64,000 nucleotides of DNA from Vitrella brassicaformis CCMP3155. Lineage: Eukaryota > Protista > Chromerida. A model generated the notes under the pieces. It searched no databases, was not told where the DNA came from, and saw only the letters and a program-made list of their open reading frames with translations. The stretch is from positions 58,687 to 122,686 of the forward strand of contig CDMY01000321.1 of NCBI GenBank assembly GCA_001179505.1, written 5' to 3'. Below are positions 1 to 12,311 of the stretch, piece after piece. The position numbers and the translations under genes are program-made. Position 1 is the stretch's first letter; each line of letters begins with the position of its first letter.

Positions 1-144
1 GTGAGTGTGCCAAGAAACGGCAGTCTGGGTGCGGGTGTGAGTCCTGGCGCAAGTGACTTCGATCGCGGCAATCAAAGTGACTTTGTGCAGTGGAGTGGCT
101 ATGTGGAGCCTCACGCACTGGGCGTGACGACTACTGAGGGGTAG
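1..144 (+). CDS. Possible terminal coding fragment of a gene starting left of the window
   Basis: Frame 1 is open from base 1 to TAG at 142-144 (VSVPRNGSLG...VTTTEG*). No homology recognised. Confidence 0.25.
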   Translation: MSVPRNGSLGAGVSPGASDFDRGNQSDFVQWSGYVEPHALGVTTTEG

Positions 145-537
145 GGTGCGAGTGTTTAGATGTGGTGGGACCTGCTAAGAGGTCACCTTTCAGTGTGTGT
201 CGGTGCATGTGTCGACGAATGTGGTTGTAGACAGGGAATCGATTATGATGATCATCGAAAGGAAGGTCAATTGACAGTACGATGGATGCACCGACCAGTC
301 CATCCCCACAGCAACCACTAGTTAGACAACACCACCCCGACGCACACACGCTGCAGAAAAGATCATCCGCTCTCCCCTTTAACCTCCCTCCCTCTCTCCC
401 TCTTTGCCGGCTATAAGACAGGCAGACGCTGCTCAGCCTCTGTGTGCTAGGGTATTCATTATAGCTATGTGTGTGACAAGACTGACCGAACAGTCGCACA
501 GTCTGTCTGCCAGTCAGCTGGATCAACCGACCGACAG

Positions 538-1246
538 TCACTTGACGAGTCCTGCGAGCAATCAATAAGTGGCCATACATACCATCCACACTCACCCACG
601 CATGACACACACCCGACGCACGTGAACGATGCCCGGCTTCCTTCCTTCCTGCGCTCTTGTTGCCCATCCTTCCTTACCAAGTCCGGTGCCCCTGTCAGCA
701 TCCCCGTGCATCTCCTCGTTGAGCCGCATCATCCGCAGGAACTCCTCCTCGTGCTTTCGACGCTCCTCATCCACTTCCCCCTCCCCCTCCCCCGCCCCGT
801 TCTCCTGGTCCTTGGTGTTCTTCTTGGCCTTCTTGGCCGCCCTCTCCTTCCCCTCCTTGGCGGCTGGCGCCTCACCAGCCTTCACAAACCCCTGCAGCGG
901 TGCACTTGAGACCGCCTTGGGCTTGGCCGAGTTGCTGTTGGGTTCGGCGGTGGAGGGTGCGGATTTCTTCTGTCCTTGCATGCTGAGGAACTGCTCTCAT
1001 CGGAAAGGGCAAGCCACGCTCATCATCACACCCGGCGGGCGCATCTGATCATCCGCTGTCTGTCTGTTTATATAGCGCCTGCATCCTTACCATCTCGAGG
1101 AATGAGCCGTCGTTCTTGAACTTGTTGGCGGCAGCCGCAGCAGGACCACTCGTCGAGGCGGTCTTGTCGCCGTTCTCCTCAGTCCGCTTGTCCAGCTCCT
1201 CCGCTTTTCGCTTCCTGCTGTCGTCAGGCAATTCAAGGTCGGCCAT
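538..1246 (-). CDS. TRIR: TRIR/C19orf43-like protein, 3 exons, 160 aa
   Basis: Exons 1246-1091, 990-678 and 551-538 with GT-AG introns splice in frame. The product has NKFKNDGSFLEMF (cf. human NLFANDGSFLELF) and ends GLVK* (cf. RPLVK*). Confidence 0.75.
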
Positions 1247-1458
1247 CGCAATGCCACCTTGCCCGTTCAAAAGGCGCCGATCGTCTCCCCTTCTCTGTCA
1301 CAACACCTAAGCACCTGCTCCTGCTCTTCACCCAGTCGGCAGCTCAGGGAGAAGAGCGGTTTCAGGAAGCACGTTTCAGGGAGCACCCTAGACCCTTCTC
1401 CGCTGTGAGCTGTGTGGTTTCTGCATTCCCCGACAAAAAGGCCGTCATTCGTCTGCAA

Positions 1459-2951
1459 ATGAAGCGCATCGTCTTGCTATCACTTGCATCTGCAGCAATA
1501 GCTGCTGCTTTTCACCTTCCATCCGGTGATCTGCACCTCTCAAGGCCGAGCAGGACTCAGGCGGCGAGTCTGAGGCGCCATGCAGCCGCGAGGACCAGTC
1601 TTGTCATGAAGCTGGCGGGCTCCAGCGCCCTCATTGTGCAGAACAAGGGCGGCGGCCACGGCGAGTTGGGGTTCCATCTGGCCAAGCAGCTGCGGGCAGC
1701 CGGGTGCACAGTGACGCTGCTCAACGACGGGCAGCCGACGGCCAAGCCGCCCTTCGACCACTACAATGAGTTGGAGCAGGAGTATGTGGACATCGTGTGG
1801 ACAGATGTTAAGGCGCAGAGGGACCTCTCTTCGGTGCTCAAGGGCAAGACGTTCGACCTGGTCTTCGACAACTGGTCCAAGGACGAGGGCACGGTGCGGC
1901 CCATCGCCGAGTTTGCGAAGAAGAACAACGTCAAGCACTACATGTACGTGTCTTCCGGCGGCATGTACCAGCCCACAGGGGATGAGTTCCCCATCCTTGA
2001 GAAGACCAAGGTCAAGGACGACTCGGGGCAGCGTCAGGTGGAGAAGACGCTCGAGGCGATGAAGGTGCCGTGGACGTCCTTCAGGCCGCAGTACATCTAC
2101 GGGCCGTACACCAACAAGAGGGACTACCTTGACTTCTTCTTCGACCGCGTCACACACGGCCTGCCCATACCCATCCCCTACGAAGGAGCCACACTCACCA
2201 CACTCACCAACGCAGAGGTCAAAGGCAAACACACACCGACAGAGGGAGGGAACTGGGTGGTGTGCTCTGATGGCTTATGTGGTGTTTTTCGCTGTGTCTG
2301 TGCGTGTGCGTGTGTGTGTATGTGTGTATGTGTGTAGGACGTGGCGTCGATGTTGATATCTGCCGTCGGGAAGCAGTACGCCATCGGAGAGGTCTTCAAC
2401 TGCGCCAGCGACAGGTATATGACACCACACCCACCAGCAGGGCACAGGGTTTCCCATGTTGTTCTGATTGTGTATGTGGGTGCTCAGGTACATCAGCTAT
2501 GAGGGCATCGTCAGGATGGTGGCCAAGACAGTCGGCAAGGTGAGAACCACACACACGCACACGCAGAGACAGACAGAGATCGCTTCACTTTTCCATGTTT
2601 GTTTGTCTGTGTCACTCAGGATCCATCTGAAGCGGTCAAGAGCATCGTGTACTACGACCCCAAGAGGGCCGCCCTGCCCAAGGGCGCCTTCCCCTTCCGC
2701 AACACACACTTCTGCGTCAACCCCGAGAAGGCCAAGCTCCTCCTGGATTGGAGGCCCCAACACAGGCTCGAAGACGACCTCAAATGGTCAGAGTGGCTTG
2801 CTCCACACACCGACCTCAGCCTGGCGTCACGTGCGTGTGTGTGTTTGCGTGCGTGGTGTGCAGGTATTTCGCCGCGTACAGGTCTCTGGGCAAGCTGGCT
2901 GGCCAAGTGGACACAAGTGCAGATGCCAAGGCGATCGCCGCTCGCGCGTGA
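1459..2951 (+). CDS. CSP41a: Chloroplast stem-loop binding protein 41a (NAD-dependent epimerase/SDR fold) with bipartite plastid leader, 5 exons
   Basis: Motifs GGGHGELGFHLAK, FDLVFDN, YVSSGGMY, SFRPQYIYG, FFFDR, FNCASDR and AFPFRNTHF match plant CSP41a. The N-terminus is a signal peptide ending AAAF followed by an S/R/A-rich transit peptide. Confidence 0.92.
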
Positions 2952-3375
2952 TGTGAAGAGAGATACTTTCAGACAGACAGACAGCTGTGGGTGTTTCTGA
3001 CACGATTTTCAACCGTTGGTTGAGTGACATTTTGCTGTTGCCCTTTCTGCCGCCCTTTCTCGCCTGCTACTTACACGTGAGCGCATGTGCATGGGTGACA
3101 TTTTGATGGATGGTTAATACGCCGAGTGCTGAGGGAAGTGAATCGATCTCGGTGCCTGCTGACACCTGTTGTCGATTCCCAATGAGCTTCGTATCGCGCC
3201 AGACATGCACTGTGTCAGCACACACAGGACAAAACAGCGCTCTTCGCACCTCACGCACACTCGCAGAGCCGACAGGAAGATAGACAGACAGATAGATACA
3301 CGGACAGAAAACGCACACACACAAAACACGGAAAAAGCGACGACTTCCACCACATACAACCTTTTAACCATTCAC

Positions 3376-3987
3376 TCATTCGGTCTTGCCCCTGCCCCCC
3401 GGCCACACCACCCTCCCCACAACGTCATACTTTGACTCGAACTTGGTCTCCCAGTCGGCCAGTACCTGCTTCTCGCTCGCCGCCAAGTCATCCCAGTCGG
3501 TCCGGTTCATCTCGGACGCCTCGAACGACATGCGCGCCAGGGCGCGGGAGGCGTCCTTGCCGGCGAAGCAGTTGTAGCCCGCACCGGGGCCGTAGAAATC
3601 ACGGCCGCTGGGGTGGCTCGTCATGTCAAACACCTTCCCTGTCACACACACATGGGAAGCACAGACACATACACAGGGAGGACAGGACAGATCCATCTAT
3701 TCATCCATGTGTGTCTGCTCACCTCTGACTGCAATGTAGATGGGCCGCCCGTCCCTCCCGTCATACTGCGAGAGCTCCTCGAGGCTGAAATCCTTCGGAC
3801 ACGGATCTGGCTTGGGCGGCTTGACGAAGGGCCTCTCCTCCTTCCCTATCGATGGCTCCATGCCAGCAAAGCCCGCTCCTTTGCCCTTCATGTAGAGGAA
3901 GATGGCGAGGCAGGCGGCGCCGCCCACCGCTGCTGCGCCGAGGAAAGCAACGCTCGGTGATTGCAGCCACTCCAGCAACTCATCCAT
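3376..3987 (-). CDS. Membrane-associated progesterone receptor (MAPR/PGRMC)-like cytochrome b5 heme/steroid-binding protein, 2 exons
   Basis: N-terminal TM, then [61 protein letters not shown]. Confidence 0.92.
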
Positions 3988-4038
3988 TGCGATGAAAAGG
4001 TGCCGACGAGCGGCGACGAAGCGCCGCAGTGTTGGTTG

Positions 4039-4046
4039 TGCGAGCT
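4039..4046 (+). promoter_or_regulatory. TGCGAGCT motif in MAPR / Zn-finger divergent spacer
   Basis: Exact octamer recurring in divergent spacers. Confidence 0.55.
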
Positions 4047-4268
4047 GGTGTTTCCAACAGGGTTTGGGTTGCAGGGTTTGGGTCTCATACAAACGAGGAA
4101 AGGAGAGTCACGGGAGCTCACCTCACACACACTGTAGGTCTTTTTTCACCGTCCGGCTCCCTCTCCTGAAGACAGGTAAGACGAGAAGCAGGCAAACACG
4201 ATACAGTGGACGAGTGGATTGGATGGTGTCCTCTGTGTGTGTGCAGGGAATAGGGTTACTTCGTGCAG

Positions 4269-5328
4269 ATGAAGCAGCAGTGCAGTGTCTGCCACCGCTT
4301 TCTGTCGCCATCTGACTTTGGGAAGGCATGGACGGGTACCGACGGCTCGATCTGCCGACGCTGCAGCCGGGTTATGACCTGCCGCTCGTGCCATGAGTGG
4401 CTCCCTCTGTCCCAATTCGCTAGTAAAGAGCGCGCCAGAAGAAGCCCGCAGTGTGTTGCGTGCCACGATAGCGTCGAAAGTCGTGGCGGCACGGAGGACC
4501 TCGACTTGAGTCTGCGGACCCACCTGCGGCATCGGTTTGCTGCGGCGTGTGCGTTGGGTCAGCATGGGGTGGCCAAGGGAAAGGAGATCCCTACGCTGCC
4601 CAAAGAGGTCGTAGACAAGGTGACATGAGAAGCTGTTTGTGCTGCAGGTGTTGGTCTCTCACTACTGGTGTTGCTGTGTGTTTTCGTTCAGGTGGTTGGT
4701 TTTGTGTATACGCCCTGGATCATCGAGTGCCTCGATTGGATCCACTGTAAGTGAACACACACCTCACACCGTGGGGCCCGGCCAGACATCCCTCGGACCG
4801 TCGTTTTGCTCTTTCCTTCAGGTACCCTGTGCAGCGACCAGTTCACCATCCACCAGACCTCCCTGGCTGACCACTTGGCGTCTAAGAAGCACACAGACCT
4901 GCTCGCGGCCGTGGCGAGCGGCAGCAAGGTGCCCATATGGCGGTGCTCTGCCGACCTCATGAGGCGGTTGCGAGATGGGCTGGGGCTGACGGGGCGCTTC
5001 TGCGGGCCTGACCAGGTAGAAACCGCCCTGGCGCTGAGGTCGGTAGCTGCCACCAGGATCCCCAGGCACTTCTTCCCCAATGGTGAGTACGAGAGATACA
5101 CCACACCACACCGACGAACCGCAACACGCTCGTGTGTACTCATGAGATGTGGCGTCTTGTGTGCTGTGTTGTGTGAGTGCAGCTGCACGGCGGAAGGATT
5201 GGTGCACGGCCGAGCAGTACGCCGTGGCGTTGAGCGCCTTTGAGACGTCAAAGGAGGCCAAGGCGCGGCGGGCGATGGAGGAGAAGGGATCAGTTAAGAC
5301 GAGACGGTGGCAGCGGGAGCAGCAGTGA
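4269..5328 (+). CDS. Zinc-finger protein: N-terminal CxxC repeats (Stc1-like) plus U1/matrin-type C2H2 finger
   Basis: CSVC/CRRC/CRSC..LPLSQFASKE..CVAC, then CTLC..HLASKKH. GT-AG exons join in frame to TGA at 5326-5328. The start may lie in an upstream exon. Confidence 0.65.
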
Positions 5329-5815
5329 TGGGGGGATAGATGAGATGAGTGGCAGGTAGCGAGGGAGATGGAGATGGGGGCTCTGAAGGGGCTGTCCGTG
5401 TCACTGACACACATGGGTGAACACTGGCTTTGGTAGTGCTGTCGAGTACGTGTCTTGCCGGCCTGTGCGTCGATGGACAAGTCGCGTTGACGAGTGAGTC
5501 GATTCAGTTGTGTTCTCACACCGCACCCACCCCGATGAAAGTGTCCCCAAAACCAAACACCCTACTACTCGCTTCCATGTGCACGACGTCGCTCGACAAA
5601 ACTGTCCCTCTGTCTCCTTCTGATCTGGTGGAGGAAATGTGCGAGCTGTCTATTAACAATGCCTGTCTGCCTCATTGAGGCATGCACCTCGCCACCACCA
5701 AGAATACGTAAGGAGAAGAAGCCACCGAGAGAAACGGCAAAACCGACACCACCCAGCTACTGGGCCGTTCATCTACCCTCCCTCCCTCCGTCCGTCATCC
5801 GCCCGCCTCTCCCCC

Positions 5816-7140
5816 TCAATGATACTTGCCTCCACTCTCCTTCTCCGGGTGTCGCAGGTGGCTGTCGTCCGACACCCTCAGACACCCCACACGCCACGAC
5901 GGCCCCGCCCGCGGCTGCAGCAGACCGTCCACCGCAAACTCGCTCATGTGCTGCGGGGGCAGCGCCTCCAACTGCCGACAGACAGCAGGAGAGAGAGCAA
6001 GGACCCAATCGATGGATGCCCATTCGCCTTGATGTTGGTCATGTGCCTGTGACCGTCCGTCTGCATACCTCGGTGATAGAGGCGTATGTGACGCCCCGCG
6101 GGAAGTGAACGCCTGGCACGAGGGAACGCGCCAGCCCCTGCAGGCACATATTGATGCCATGTCATTCGTGTCATGCATAGATCAAATCAGACCCCCACCT
6201 CTACAGTTGCTCCGTGACACACGAGCATGACGGTCTCGTACGGATGGGCAGACAGAATGGCCTTCATGGCCTGCACACACACAGACGAGTGACTCAGTGG
6301 CTCATCCGTCTCTGCCTGTGCGTGTCTACTCTACTCACCTTCTGACACCGCTCGTAGAAGAGATCCAGCTACACACAGACACACAGAGGGGCGTACACAC
6401 GACACAGGCAGATTGAGAGAGAGAGAGAGAGAGAAGAAGGTCTCGTAAATTGACAAGTGTCTGTCTGTCTGTCTGTCATGTTGTGTTCGTGCTGCCCACC
6501 GTCTCTGGGAAGGATGGCACCGCAGTTTTGTGTTTGTGGTGGTGGTTGATGAGCGGCATGGTCTTGATGAGCTGCGACGGAGGGACCATCTTGCGCAGCG
6601 GGTCACCATCCGGATACCACTCCCCCTTCAGCCTATCATACACACACGACACGACCCATCATGCTCGCTCCTCGGCGCATTAATTCCCTCCTGGAGCTGC
6701 ACGTTAAACTCACCATTCTGCGATTCCCGGCTCGATGCACACGCGGGCCGTGCCGCCCAGAGCTGTTGCCGCACTGTGTGCGGTGCAGACACAGCGGACG
6801 AACGGCGACGAATAGATGACTGATATGCCTGCAGAACACCACACATGAGAGTGTGGTTTCTGCAGGTCATGGGCGCGTGTGTGGTCGTGCATTGCGTCTG
6901 ACTTACGTACCCTTGCCCTGCAGCACCACGCCGAGGTCATAGCCCTGCTCACCAGCAGAACAACACAGACATAACGACTCATCGGTGCACCTGGCGCCTT
7001 CACTCGCGGTGTGTTTGATGCACCTGTCGGTGTCCTCGGGCAGTCAGGAAGGGATCTTCAGGCACGTCGGCCTTGCTGGGCCACGACGGATCCACGAAGT
7101 CGATGCGCTCGCCGTGGCGGCAGATGAACAGCCGAGGCAT
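5816..7140 (-). CDS. Histidine phosphatase superfamily (phosphoglycerate mutase-like, Sts-1/UBASH3-type) protein, about 8 exons
   Basis: LFICRHGERID, IYSSPFVRCVCTA, IEPGIAEW and VMLVCHGATVE after in-frame splicing. All catalytic His/Arg motifs are present. Confidence 0.88.
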
Positions 7141-7220
7141 AGTCCAAAACACTACAATGCTCCAGTGACCCAGCTCTTTTCCCTCCCCCACCAGCTCCTG
7201 CAGCAGCGGTTTCAGGGAGC

Positions 7221-7238
7221 ACCCTACTTCTGCGAGCT
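7221..7238 (+). promoter_or_regulatory. ACCCTACTTCTGCGAGCT motif in phosphatase / SPEF1 divergent spacer
   Basis: 18 nt identical to 25852-25869. Confidence 0.6.
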
Positions 7239-7338
7239 TGAAGCCAAAGGAGAAGAAACGTCGTTTTGGCACTTCTTGCCTCCACAGCGTCGTTAACCAT
7301 TGCTGCCCCAATGAGTGGATAGAGTCACCCATACATAT

Positions 7339-9320
7339 ATGTCAGTAGCCGCGTCATCGGTTGTCGGCGGGGCTGGGTTGGGCGCGTTGAATCCTGACGA
7401 CCAGGAGGACCTGCAGCGGCTATACAACTGGGTCGATGAAATCCCACTCTCCAGGCCCAAGAAGAACATCTCGCGGGACTTCGCAGACGGAGGTGCGCTG
7501 ACACATTCACACATGGGAGGGGGCATTGCTGATGAGTTCGTCTGTCATGTCATGTGTCTGCGGTTGTTTGTTTGTCTTTCTGTCTGTCTGTCTTTCCTTC
7601 CATCAGTGTTGATGGCTGAGGTGGTGTCACATTTGTTCCCGAAGTTGGTGGAGCTCCACAACTACAGGTAGGCAGTGCACGGTGTGTGAAAGAAAGAGCC
7701 AAGGAACGAGTGACTGAGGGAGGGAGGGAGGGGAGGGAGGGGAGCAGACAGTGCATTCACGAACGCGCTGAATCAATCATCGCTCACTCCCTCGCTCCCT
7801 CTGTATGTTCATGTCAGTGCCGCCAACTCTGTCGCCAAGAAGGTTTATAACTGGAACACTCTCAACCGTACGCATCACATCACACAGACAGACACGCACA
7901 GATAGAAACGAAACACGCACACACACATGTGCCTCCTGCTGCTGCTGCTGCTGCTGCTGTGTGCTGTTTGTTCCTCTCAGAGCGGGTGTTCAAGAAGATG
8001 GGATTCCAGCTTGAAAGCACTGACGTGGACGATGTGGTCAACGCCAAACCCTACACCATCGAAAAGATACTCAGGCAGTTCCAAATCATGGTGACTGACA
8101 CACTGATACACTTGACTGACACGCTCAGCAATCGGGGAGCCAGCCAGCCAGCAATGAGCAAGAAGTGGCTTCATCGACAGACACGTGTCTATCTGCCTGT
8201 GTGTTTATTTGTTTGTGTCCACATCCATCCAGTCTGATGTGTACCGTGTTCGTGTGGCGACCCGGCAGACGATGGAGCCGACCAGCGGCCACATGCCGGG
8301 CCTGCCATCGTCCATGCAGCAGCAGCCGCCATCGCCACCCATCCACACATCACCCCCGCACCAACCTGGTCAGTGAACGACACGACACCCACCGCTCAAG
8401 GACACCCAGCACCCTACACATGACATGCATCCCGTGTTTGGGTTCATTCGACATGTGTGTCGTTCATTACTGCAGTGGCTCCCGCCGCCCCCTCCCGCCC
8501 CACCCGCCCGGATGGCACTCGCGCCACCCGGCACCAGCCGCAAACCCGTGTTGCTGCACCGCCACAGCAGCAGCAGGCCAGGGCGCAGGAGGGACGACCC
8601 ACACATGGTATGGTCAGTCACACACACACAGACAGAAACAGCACCGACGGGGATGCCTGCTGTGTGTGCGTCTGTCGATGCGTCGCATCCACGAAGGTGT
8701 TAGCGTGGAGGAACGGTCGTCGGCCAGGGGCGTTGGTGGTGGTGCTGGTGCTGCTGGTGGTGTGCCATCGCACCCCAGGAGCGCGGGCAGCAGACCGGCG
8801 CCGACCGGTGGACCGTTTAAAGGTCAGTTAAGGAAGGACCCACTGCACTGATGGATCTTTCCCTTTTGGCACATTCATGTGTGTGTGCACCAGATCGGAG
8901 TTCGCATGGCGCGAGCCGCCGGAGGGAGCCCATGGGCCAGACTGACTATGAAGAGATCATCGTGAGCGGCTGACACGACACATGGTGACCATACGCACCC
9001 ACCATCGACATCTGTGTGTGTGTGTGTATGTTAAGGCTGAGAAGGACGTGTTGATATCTGATCTGAAGGAAACGGTGCACATACTGAACGAGAAGATACA
9101 CAACCTAGAGAAACTCATCCGAGTCAAGGTACGCTACGCCCAGCACGTCACCACCCAAAGAGGCCGCCAGTGCACGTCTGTCTGTCTGTCTGTGTGTGTG
9201 TGTGTGTGTCAGGACGCCAAGATCCAGGCGTTGGGCCAGGCCCGGCACATGACGGGCGTGCCCGCCCAGCCCCAGCAGCCGTCCGCGGCCTACCCGCCAT
9301 ACAGATCCAACTTGCGATGA
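7339..9320 (+). CDS. SPEF1: Sperm flagellar protein 1 / CLAMP (CH-like domain plus C-terminal coiled coil)
   Basis: LYNWVDEIPLSRPKKNISRDFADGVLMAEVVSHLFPKLVELHNYSAANSVAKKVYNWNTLNQRVFKKMGF; C-terminal KETVHILNEKIHNLEKLIRVKDAKI. Confidence 0.9.
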
Positions 9321-9664
9321 CTAGGTGGACGCGCGAGCGTGAACAGGATTGCACGCAAACGTCGGTCGGTCTGTATGGGCGATGGATGGATGGATGGATG
9401 AGTTGCTCATGACTGACTGCTGCGTAGTGCGTCGCGTTGCTTGGGGGAGAGAGTGTTGATGTGTTGACTTGACGTGCGACGGACTGAGTGACTCGGTGGA
9501 CGAACGGTAATATTTGTCTTGACGCTGGTCGATGCAGTCACACCGAGTTGCTAGACGACGCAGTTGCGTGCTGTGCCGCCGAACAAACCGTCGGAATGGA
9601 AACGACCACACCACCTTTCGGTCATCTCGACTCTGAGCGTGCAAAAGAGGGAGAGGAGATAAGG

Positions 9665-10904
9665 ATGGCCGAGGCGTCCCGTTCATCGGGCGCTCGGCTG
9701 GAGAGTGTTCCTTCCCAGACCCTGCAGCTGCATATCCGCCCCTTCTTCTCCCCCGCCGACTGCTCCGCCATCCGGCGGTCATGCCGCCTCGGCAGAGATC
9801 TCATCACCCGAGCCTTCATGCGTCGCCGCATCACCCGGTTCCTCGAGAACAAGCAGCTGCTCCGCCTTTTTGCCGTTGATGAGCCCACGCAGGAGGGCGG
9901 GATGCACCCGATGGCCTATTTGCTGGGCTTGATGTACGTGTTGGAGATGGCTGCCGCGGCGGAATGGCAGCTGTGGGAGGCCTGGCTGCGGACCATGCGC
10001 CACATCGGCGGCCTCACCGACACCCTGCCCATCCGCATCACCGCGGCCGACGTGCGGCAGGTGGCCTCCAAGGCTGCGTTCGACCGACAGCCGGCCAGCC
10101 TTAAGCAACTGATGCTGTTCGGCCACAAGCTGCGGGGCCGTGACGGCAACCCCATGGCCGTCACGCCCCTCGACCAGCAGCGTCACGGCCGGGTGGGCGG
10201 GGCCGGCATCACGGTCTGCACGAAAGAGGATCTGCCGGCCGACCATCCTTTCCGTGCATCGTACAAGTTGGAGGACCCTGTGTGCCGCGGTGAGGGCAGA
10301 GGGAGAGCCGAAAGAGGGACAGATGGATGGATGGATGGATGGATGGATGGATGCCCTGTGTGTGTTGTGTGGTGGATGCAGTGGCTGGGTTGACGTACTC
10401 GTCCGTTATGGACGCCGTGGTTTGCTGGTATGCTCACTCGCAGACAGACAGGCAGACAGGCAGATCCATAGCGCTTGTGTGTCCACTCTGTGTGTGTGTG
10501 TGTGTGTGTGCGTCGCAGGATGTTGCCCGAGGGCGAGACCGCCAAGGTGCACCGAGTGACCCGAAACACCATCCGGCAGCAACAGGCCGCGGGCATCGCG
10601 CGTGTGTCGAAGAGAGGAGAGGAGAGGAGGTGAGAGGCCATACATGAACGAGCTCATCACCCAGGCCCCGCCCGTGTATGGCACACACACGGTGGCCTCC
10701 TACATCGACCGCAACAACAGGCGCAGCCGCGTCATCTTCCTCAACGGCGGGGCGGAGAGCGACCCCTTCGCCAGCTACCTGCGCGTGACGCGGCGCCCCA
10801 ACCACGCCATCATCGAACTCATGACGACCGAGGAGCCAGTGGCGACCAACAACAACAACACCAACAACAGCAACGACACGGCGGGCAATGTGGGGGGGGC
10901 GTAG
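9665..10904 (+). CDS. Uncharacterised lineage-expanded family protein, copy 1 (possible F-box-like N-terminus)
   Basis: Long coding-biased exon. Clear paralog of 53328-54536 (shared RLGRDLI, YLLGL..VLE, FxRQPxSLxQxMLFGHKxRG, FRASY). Confidence 0.72.
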
Positions 10905-12311
10905 GCCACGCCATCACGGGCTAGACAGGCGTAGACGCGTTCCGCGGTGGCACGTGGCAGCGATGAAGTTGCCTGCCTGCCTGGCTGCCTGGGTAGATTG
11001 TGGTTAGATGGTGTCTAGCGTAGCTGGCTGGCTGAAAGGACTGCTTAGTTTTTGACTAACCATAAACGGCGCGATTGGAATGCTCGTCGCGAGTGCTGCC
11101 TGTCCGCCTGCCTGCCTGTTTATGTCATCCCCACGGTTGGGCTGCGTGACTGGAAGGGGTGAGGTCAGTAACCAATTGCCGTGTCTGTCTGTCTGTCTTT
11201 GTGGGGCATTTGGTATGTCGCTGTCTCTGTCCAAGCGACGAGTGCCGCCTGCATATTTGCGTATGGATGTCTGTCCATACCTTTCTGTGTGTGTGTGTCT
11301 ATAAGACTCCTCACACTGTGAGTCAAAGCCCATCCATCTCTTTAACACGGTCGGTCGCTTCATGCACTCACTCACACAAATGTGCGTCTGCCTTACCCAC
11401 CACACACACACACGCAGACACAGACACAGACACGCTTTGCCCACCGTGTCCCATGATGTGCGTCACGTTCGTGTAACACCCAAGAACCCCTTCGGCCACG
11501 GAGCGAGCCTGAGCCAAGCGGAAGGTCGAGCATAATGACCTAACAGTCATGTCGGTGTGTCGGCATGACTGTTGGTGCATCGTCCCCACCCGCCGGATGG
11601 ATGAGGCTAAGCTCCCAGACTACGGACTCACTCACAGACTTCACGACTGTCTGTCTCTCTGTCGCGAATGAGGGAAGATTGTCTTGTCATTTCGTCATTA
11701 CTCTGCCGCCTGCGTACTAACATTCGGAAAAGGCACACAAGACACTCATACACACGACACGGATGTGGTGTGAGTGTGTGTGTGCGTGTGTGCATGTGCG
11801 TCAGGAAAAATGCCCGCAATTATACATATGAAGCTCGTCCCAGCCTGGCTGGGATGAGCTTCGCTGACTGCAGACCGCACACTATTAACGACGCACACAC
11901 ACGCAGAGACACACAACCATTACAGACACACAGAGAGAGAGGTGCCGTGTGTAGAGGTACACAGCCGGCCCGGCCCGTTTGGATGGATTCAATACATCAC
12001 ATTCATGGCAGCTGGCTGGCTTGGCTACACAACACAGACAGACAGACAGAGAGACAGAGGGGAGGGAGAAGGGGAAGAGAAGCGAGAATTGAGACGACAC
12101 GCCGGCCGGGTAGCAATATATCACTCGTGAGAAATAGATAGACAGACAGACAGGTTGACCGCCGCTCTTATAATACACAGCTAGATGTATAGGTAAACAA
12201 CAACAACAACAATACATTGCAGAAGAAACACGCGTACATACACACACACACACACACATACGTACGTATTTCCCTGTCTCTGTCTCTCTCTGTCATTCAT
12301 GAGTAGTCTGT

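Noticed and set aside
11000-12300. Possible small gene or ncRNA between the family copy 1 gene and PDK1
   Set aside because: Only microsatellite-rich sequence and short ORFs without coding character or recognisable structure.
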